A program made the translations under genes and the position numbers. Below, one piece after another: positions 36,220 to 41,240 of a stretch of DNA of 41,240 nt. The notes under the pieces are model-generated. The model had not been told where the DNA came from. It was given only the letters and a program-made list of their open reading frames with translations, and did not search any database. The DNA comes from a virus. Lineage: Duplodnaviria > Heunggongvirae > Uroviricota > Caudoviricetes. The stretch is taken from the IMG/VR virus record IMGVR_UViG_2541047725_000010. The stretch is one strand, 5' to 3'. Each line of letters starts with the position of its first letter. Positions within the stretch are counted from its first letter, which is position 1.

Positions 36220-37037
36220 AACCGGGAATTTATTTCGGCATCAGCAACGAAGACTACCACGCCGGTGACGGCGTGAGTAAGTCGCAACTTGACATGGTTG
36301 CCAAGAATCCGGCGCTTCTTAAATGGGTTCAGGCAGCACCAGAAGACGAAGAGAAAAAGTCTGCACTGGATATGGGAACCGCATTGCACTGTCTGCTTCT
36401 GGAACCTGGAGAATTCGACAAACGCTTCATCGTTTCACCGAAATTCGATCGTCGGACAAAACAAGGTAAAGCTGACGAAGAAGCATTTCTTCGTGATGTG
36501 GCGGATATGGGTATTACGGTACTTGATGTCGAGCAGTGGCGAAAACTGGAGCTGATGCGTGATAGCACAATGGCTCACCCGGCTGCACGCTGGATGTTGG
36601 AAGCACCTGGTTACTGCGAAGCGTCAATGTACTGGAACGATGAAGAGACGGGTGAGTTGTGCCGAATTCGTCCAGACAAATGGCTGAACGAGCACAACGT
36701 GATCGTCGACGTGAAAAAGGTTGCAGATATGGACCGTTTTGCACGCCACATCGAGGAATTCCGCTACCACGTGCAGGACGCAATGTACCGCGAAGGCGCA
36801 ATGAGGGTTACTGGTCAGCCGCATGGTTTTTTCTTTCTTGCCGTGAGCGAAAGCATTGATTGTGGTCGGTATCCGGTACGCGTGTTCGAGCTGGATGCGC
36901 AGGATGTCGATGCCGGGCACGCTCTGTTCCGCCGGGATCTGAATACCTATCACGAATGCCGCATCAATGATGAATGGGGCGGTGTGGAAATCATTAAACG
37001 CCCTGAGTGGGCACGCAAACAGGATATGTACATATGA
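36216..37037 (+). CDS. PD-(D/E)XK exonuclease (RecE C-terminal domain-like)
   Basis: 273 aa immediately upstream of and coupled to the annealing-protein gene; N-terminal pattern recalled for exonuclease VIII-type domains. Confidence 0.6.
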   Translation: MKPGIYFGISNEDYHAGDGVSKSQLDMVAKNPALLKWVQAAPEDEEKKSALDMGTALHCLLLEPGEFDKRFIVSPKFDRRTKQGKADEEAFLRDVADMGITVLDVEQWRKLELMRDSTMAHPAARWMLEAPGYCEASMYWNDEETGELCRIRPDKWLNEHNVIVDVKKVADMDRFARHIEEFRYHVQDAMYREGAMRVTGQPHGFFFLAVSESIDCGRYPVRVFELDAQDVDAGHALFRRDLNTYHECRINDEWGGVEIIKRPEWARKQDMYI

Positions 37038-37975
37038 GCAACGACATCGCAAACATCAACGCACCAGTAGACACAGCAATCGCTGGAACTGCTGCAACTA
37101 TTTTCAGCCCAGACGGCTTGAACCAACTGATGAAATTCGCCGAGGTAATGGCGCAAAGCCGCGTAACGGTACCGGCGCACCTCGCCGGGAAACCAGCTGA
37201 TTGCATGGCCGTGGCAATGCAGGCTGCGCAGTGGGGAATGAACCCGTTTGCCGTGGCTCAGAAAACCCATGTTGTGAACGGCACGCTAGGTTATGAAGCC
37301 CAATTAGTAAACGCAGTTATCTCAACGATGTCGCCAACAAAAGATCGCATCAACTACGAGTGGTTCGGGCCGTGGGAACGCGTGATCGGTAAGTTTGTTG
37401 AGAAAACATCCAAAAACGGCAATCCATATATCGCACCAGGCTGGACTCTAAAAGACGAAGAAGGCTGCGGTGTTCGCGTATGGGCAACCATGAAGGGCGA
37501 GGATCAACCTCGAGTGCTTGAGTTAATGCTGTCTCAAGCACAGGTAAGAAACTCCACACTTTGGGCCAGTGATCCGAAACAACAACTCGCATACCTTGCG
37601 ACAAAACGCTGGTCTCGCTTGCACTGTCCTGACGTAATCATGGGCGTCTACACCCCTGACGAATTACAGGAAACGGCACCGCGCGTTGAGCGAGACATTA
37701 CTCCGCAAACGACCACTGCTGCGGGAATGAACAGTCTGATCAACGCTAAACCAGTGAAAAAGCCTGATGAGCAAACGCGTAAAGCGGATAGCCGTGATCC
37801 AGAAGAAATGCTGATGGCCTTTACCAGCGCAGCGATGAATTACAGCACTGTCTCCGAACTGGATAAGGCTTACAAATACATTGAACAGAAACTTTCAGAT
37901 GATGACGAACTGCTGGCAAAAGCCACCGACGTTTACAGCGTTCGTCGGGAAGAATTAAACGAAACATCTATGTAA
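37034..37975 (+). CDS. Single-strand annealing protein, RecT/Redbeta family
   Basis: 313 aa from ATG 37034; contains ERDITP as in lambda Bet (from memory); paired with an exonuclease. Confidence 0.7.
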   Translation: MSNDIANINAPVDTAIAGTAATIFSPDGLNQLMKFAEVMAQSRVTVPAHLAGKPADCMAVAMQAAQWGMNPFAVAQKTHVVNGTLGYEAQLVNAVISTMSPTKDRINYEWFGPWERVIGKFVEKTSKNGNPYIAPGWTLKDEEGCGVRVWATMKGEDQPRVLELMLSQAQVRNSTLWASDPKQQLAYLATKRWSRLHCPDVIMGVYTPDELQETAPRVERDITPQTTTAAGMNSLINAKPVKKPDEQTRKADSRDPEEMLMAFTSAAMNYSTVSELDKAYKYIEQKLSDDDELLAKATDVYSVRREELNETSM

Positions 37976-38024
37976 CCACCACCGCGGCGCCACGCGCGCC
38001 GCACTGCAACCAAGAGAGGTATTT

Positions 38025-38273
38025 ATGAAAGGTGCATTAGGTAAGAAGGAACTCCTGGCGGTGGTGCCACTGTCATGGAGCACTATCGACCGTATGGAGC
38101 GCGCAGGGGAATTTCCTAAACGCTGGTATATCACCGATAAACGCTGCGCATGGAACCGTGATGAAGTTGAGCGTTGGCTTGATGAACGTCAGGCAGCAAG
38201 CCCGGCAGAGTTCCAGGGTAAAAAACCTCCTGTTCAGCAACGTGTATATCGTCCTGTGAGCAACGCTGCATGA
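38025..38273 (+). CDS. AlpA-family phage regulator / excisionase-like HTH protein
   Basis: 82 aa; AGAGAGG RBS; motif LSWSTIDRMERAGEFPKRWYITDKRCAWNRDEVERWL typical of AlpA/Xis HTH proteins. Confidence 0.7.
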   Translation: MKGALGKKELLAVVPLSWSTIDRMERAGEFPKRWYITDKRCAWNRDEVERWLDERQAASPAEFQGKKPPVQQRVYRPVSNAA

Positions 38274-38415
38274 GTGCGCTGCTAAGGCACTGGAGCAAAT
38301 GGTCAGGATGGTACTTATTCCTGGCCTCTGTTTCAGCATGGCTTTATCTGCTGGCATTAATTTTCAGAGAGGGTTGGATTAAGTGAGAAAGTTAGGCCGA
38401 CTTGAAAAATATCAC

Positions 38416-38682
38416 ATGAACAAGGTTTCAATGCGCAGCCCTTCAAAGGTTGTTGCCGTTACTCCTGCGGCGATAGAGATCGAAAAACGCGCGATTGAAA
38501 GAGAGAAAAAAGGGCAGTTCCGCATTGCCGCCCACCTTTGGCTTCAGTGCATGGATGTTGCTTCTGGTGATGTTGAGCGTGCAAGGATCGCGGTTCGCAG
38601 GGACCAATGTATCACAAAAGGTAACGGCCTTCGCCGTGGCGACTATAGCGGCATAGGATGTTGTGGGGTGGTTTATGACTAA
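38416..38682 (+). CDS. PerC/ANR-like small transcriptional regulator (tentative)
   Basis: About 88 aa from ATG 38416; pattern KKGQFRIAAHLWLQCMDVA...ERARIAVRRDQC resembles PerC-family activators (low-confidence recollection). Confidence 0.4.
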   Translation: MNKVSMRSPSKVVAVTPAAIEIEKRAIEREKKGQFRIAAHLWLQCMDVASGDVERARIAVRRDQCITKGNGLRRGDYSGIGCCGVVYD

Positions 38683-39325
38683 GAAATACACACTAATCTA
38701 TGCAGATCCACCTTGGGTATACCGGGACAAAGCCGCAGATGGTAATCGCGGTGCCGGTTTTAAATATCCGGTTATGAGTGTGCTGGATATCTGCCGCCTT
38801 CCTGTGTGGGATTTGGCCGATGAAAACTGTCTGTTGGCCATGTGGTGGGTGCCAACACAACCACTCGAAGCACTAAAAGTTGTTGAAGCCTGGGGATTTC
38901 GTCTGATGACGATGAAGGGCTTCACGTGGATAAAATGTGGTAGTCGACAACCAGATAAACTGGTTATGGGTATGGGACACATGACTCGCGCCAATAGTGA
39001 AGATTGCCTGTTTGCAGTAAAGGGAAAACTACCTCCACGCATTAATGCAGGGATCGTTCAGGCATTTACCGCACCGCGGCTTGAGCATTCAAGAAAACCA
39101 GATGTCGTTCGTGAAAAACTTGTGCAATTGTTAGGCGATGTTTCTCGCATTGAACTGTTCGCCCGCCAGACGTCTCATGGCTTCGATGTTTGGGGTAATC
39201 AGTGCGAAGACCCGGTAGTGCAACTACACCCTGGATACGCGTTGGATATTGGCGGATTAACAAATGCATTCAGCAATGCTCCGGTGTCACCAATAGACAA
39301 CCAGGGGCGGGAGCGTGCAGCATGA
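38675..39325 (+). CDS. DNA N6-adenine methyltransferase (MT-A70/Dam-like)
   Basis: 216 aa; catalytic DPPW motif in [10 protein letters not shown]. Confidence 0.8.
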   Translation: MTKKYTLIYADPPWVYRDKAADGNRGAGFKYPVMSVLDICRLPVWDLADENCLLAMWWVPTQPLEALKVVEAWGFRLMTMKGFTWIKCGSRQPDKLVMGMGHMTRANSEDCLFAVKGKLPPRINAGIVQAFTAPRLEHSRKPDVVREKLVQLLGDVSRIELFARQTSHGFDVWGNQCEDPVVQLHPGYALDIGGLTNAFSNAPVSPIDNQGRERAA

Positions 39326-39981
39326 ACCTATATCAACGCATCAATGGTGCTGACTGGTGCAATATCTTCGTCGTCGGCGATCTGCATGGGTGCTACACGC
39401 TGCTGATGAACGAACTCGACAAAGTTTCATTCGACCCGGCGCGCGATTTACTTATTTCCGTTGGTGACCTTGTTGACCGCGGCGCTGAAAACGTCGAATG
39501 CCTGGATTTGATTACTATGCCGTGGTTCCGAGCTGTTCGTGGCAACCATGAGCAGATGATGCTGGATGCACTGGTCAACGGCGGAAGTTTCGGACATTGG
39601 ATGTCAAACGGCGGTGGATGGTGGCACCAACTTGATTCTGAGCAGGATGTGCAACTCAAATACCTTCTGCCAAAGATTACCAACCTCCCGATGATTATCG
39701 AACTGGTTACCGGCAATAAGAAGGTCGTCATCTGTCACGCAGACTACCCGCACAACGAATACGCATTCGATAAGCCAGTACCAGAAGAAATGGTGATATG
39801 GAATCGTGAGCGGGTTAGCGACGCGCAGGACGGTATTGTCTCGGAGATAACCGGTGCCGATTTGTTCATCTTCGGTCATACGCCAGCACATCACCCACTG
39901 GTGTATGCAAACCAGATGTACATCGACACCGGCGCAGTGTTCTGCGGAAATCTGACGCTTACCAAAGTCCAGGAAGGATAG
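39322..39981 (+). CDS. Serine/threonine protein phosphatase, lambda PPase-like
   Basis: 219 aa from ATG 39322; [29 protein letters not shown] and FGHTP motifs. Confidence 0.85.
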   Translation: MNLYQRINGADWCNIFVVGDLHGCYTLLMNELDKVSFDPARDLLISVGDLVDRGAENVECLDLITMPWFRAVRGNHEQMMLDALVNGGSFGHWMSNGGGWWHQLDSEQDVQLKYLLPKITNLPMIIELVTGNKKVVICHADYPHNEYAFDKPVPEEMVIWNRERVSDAQDGIVSEITGADLFIFGHTPAHHPLVYANQMYIDTGAVFCGNLTLTKVQEG

Positions 39982-39983
39982 AA

Positions 39984-41240
39984 TTATTTATTACTGTCTT
40001 CCATCCACCTCTCAAACTTCGACGGGGAGAACGGAATCAGATCCGTATGCTCCCCGTTAATCCAGGAATCAATCATATCGGCCCACTGCTGCAACATCCA
40101 GGCGCGCTGTCTGGCGTATTCCGCTTTGTTATATACGGCGCGCACACCTTTCTGCTCATGTGCCAGCGCCTTTTCAATCCAGTCTGAAGGATAACCAGCC
40201 TCATGCAACAACGTACTGGCTGTACGGCGCATATCGTGTACGGTGAAGCCCTGAATATGCTCACCATCTTCATTTATTATTTTCACCGTTCTGTCGATCA
40301 GAGAGTTCAGCGCGGCATTAGATAATGGCTTCCGGAAATTGTAACGACCAGGAACCAGATATTCACTTCCACCAGCGCACATCTGCAACCCAACCAATAT
40401 ATCCTGTGCCTGTTTAGGCAGGTAAATAACGTGCGCCCGGCTTCCCTTCATGCGGTCTGAAGGAATTGTCCATGTCCATTTTTTAAAATCTATTTCATCC
40501 CACGTTGCATTGGTGAATTCGCCTTTACGAACCATAGTGATAAGCACCAGCTTTAAAGCCATTTTCATAGTGCCCATAGCACCAATGGCATCCAGCGTGC
40601 GGAAGAACAGGCCAATTTCTTCTGGTGTCAGTGTTCGCTCTCGTGGTTTAAATATGGCGATAGACGAAGGTTTAATGTCAGCCGCAGGATTAAACAAACC
40701 ATGACCACGGTCATTGGCGTGACGGTATACGCTGCTGATGATCTCCCTGGCCTGTACTGCTGTTGCCCGACCACCGCGTTCGACAATCCGGTCACACAAA
40801 TCACGAACCATCGATGTGGTAATTTCAGCCATCATTTTGTTGCCAAGAACCGGAAGTATGTCACGGTCGATCACCGCCTGCTTCATTGCGCGGGTACTGT
40901 CAGCCAGGATGACGTGTTTCATATAACTGTCGGTATGTACCGCAAACGTCTCGGCACCACGAATCTTTTTGATACCGTCACGTTTAGCCGCAGCCGGTGA
41001 CTGGCCTGCTTTAAGCAGCTTCTTTGCAGCAATCAGTTCTTCTCGCGCTTCTGCCAGGCTGATACCGTCACGCCCATACTGCCCGATTACCAGTGTTTCG
41101 CGGCGACCGTTGATACGGTAGTCATAGCGAAACGAGACCGTGCCTGACGTAAGCACAGCTACATACAGCCCGTCACGGTCGGAGACCTTGTACAGTTTGT
41201 CCTGCGGCTTGAGGTTTTTTAATTTTGTATCGGTAAGCAC
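39984..41240 (-). CDS. int: Tyrosine site-specific integrase (P4/IntS-like)
   Basis: 418 aa; N-terminal arm-binding-like region and C-terminal HxxR...Y catalytic region; GTG start sits exactly at the window edge, so the true 5' end and att site are not visible. Confidence 0.85.
   Translation of the reverse strand: MLTDTKLKNLKPQDKLYKVSDRDGLYVAVLTSGTVSFRYDYRINGRRETLVIGQYGRDGISLAEAREELIAAKKLLKAGQSPAAAKRDGIKKIRGAETFAVHTDSYMKHVILADSTRAMKQAVIDRDILPVLGNKMMAEITTSMVRDLCDRIVERGGRATAVQAREIISSVYRHANDRGHGLFNPAADIKPSSIAIFKPRERTLTPEEIGLFFRTLDAIGAMGTMKMALKLVLITMVRKGEFTNATWDEIDFKKWTWTIPSDRMKGSRAHVIYLPKQAQDILVGLQMCAGGSEYLVPGRYNFRKPLSNAALNSLIDRTVKIINEDGEHIQGFTVHDMRRTASTLLHEAGYPSDWIEKALAHEQKGVRAVYNKAEYARQRAWMLQQWADMIDSWINGEHTDLIPFSPSKFERWMEDSNK

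Larger units (their letters stand above)
1150..41240. mobile_element. Integrated temperate phage (podovirus-like structural module, lambdoid early region), nearly complete
   Basis: Contiguous lysis, tailspike, internal-core, tail-tube, capsid, portal, terminase, replication, immunity, recombination and integrase modules; left limit approximate, right att site beyond the window. Confidence 0.85.

Noticed and set aside
1-41240. CRISPR arrays, IS elements or transposases, rRNA genes
   Set aside because: No regularly spaced direct repeats, terminal inverted repeats with a transposase-like ORF, or rRNA-like sequence seen; the only tandem repeats are the origin iterons and a short leader repeat.

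Overview
The window is almost entirely one integrated temperate phage (about 1,150 to 41,240, roughly 40 kb) flanked on the left by two small envelope-protein genes. Everything below is read by eye from the sequence and the ORF track; no searches were run, so family names are recollections, not hits. Layout on the minus strand, right to left: Cro-like regulator, O-like initiator with internal origin iterons, lambda-P-like helicase loader, nin-like accessory genes, terminase small and large, portal, scaffold, capsid, T7-like tail-tube and internal-core proteins, tailspike with a GDSL/SGNH esterase domain, then holin, GH19 endolysin and Rz/Rz1. On the plus strand: a two-HTH repressor-like gene, exonuclease plus RecT/Redbeta annealing protein, AlpA, Dam-like methyltransferase, lambda-type Ser/Thr phosphatase, with a tyrosine integrase convergent at the right edge (its attachment site lies outside the window). 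A phage tRNA-Arg(UCU) sits between portal and terminase. The most interesting material is in the AT-richer cargo blocks: (i) a palindrome WTTACC-N5-GGTAAW repeated at 11 or more intergenic sites genome-wide; (ii) a consensus LexA box driving a small paralogue of the antirepressor C-terminal domain, next to a full BRO-N antirepressor, in a phage whose repressor has no obvious autocleavage domain; (iii) an overlapping two-gene module whose second gene resembles YafO-type toxins but whose upstream partner is a basic protein unlike YafN; (iv) a membrane-anchored coiled-coil gene inserted antisense in the late operon; (v) small membrane and secreted proteins beside the tailspike. No CRISPR array, IS element or rRNA was seen.
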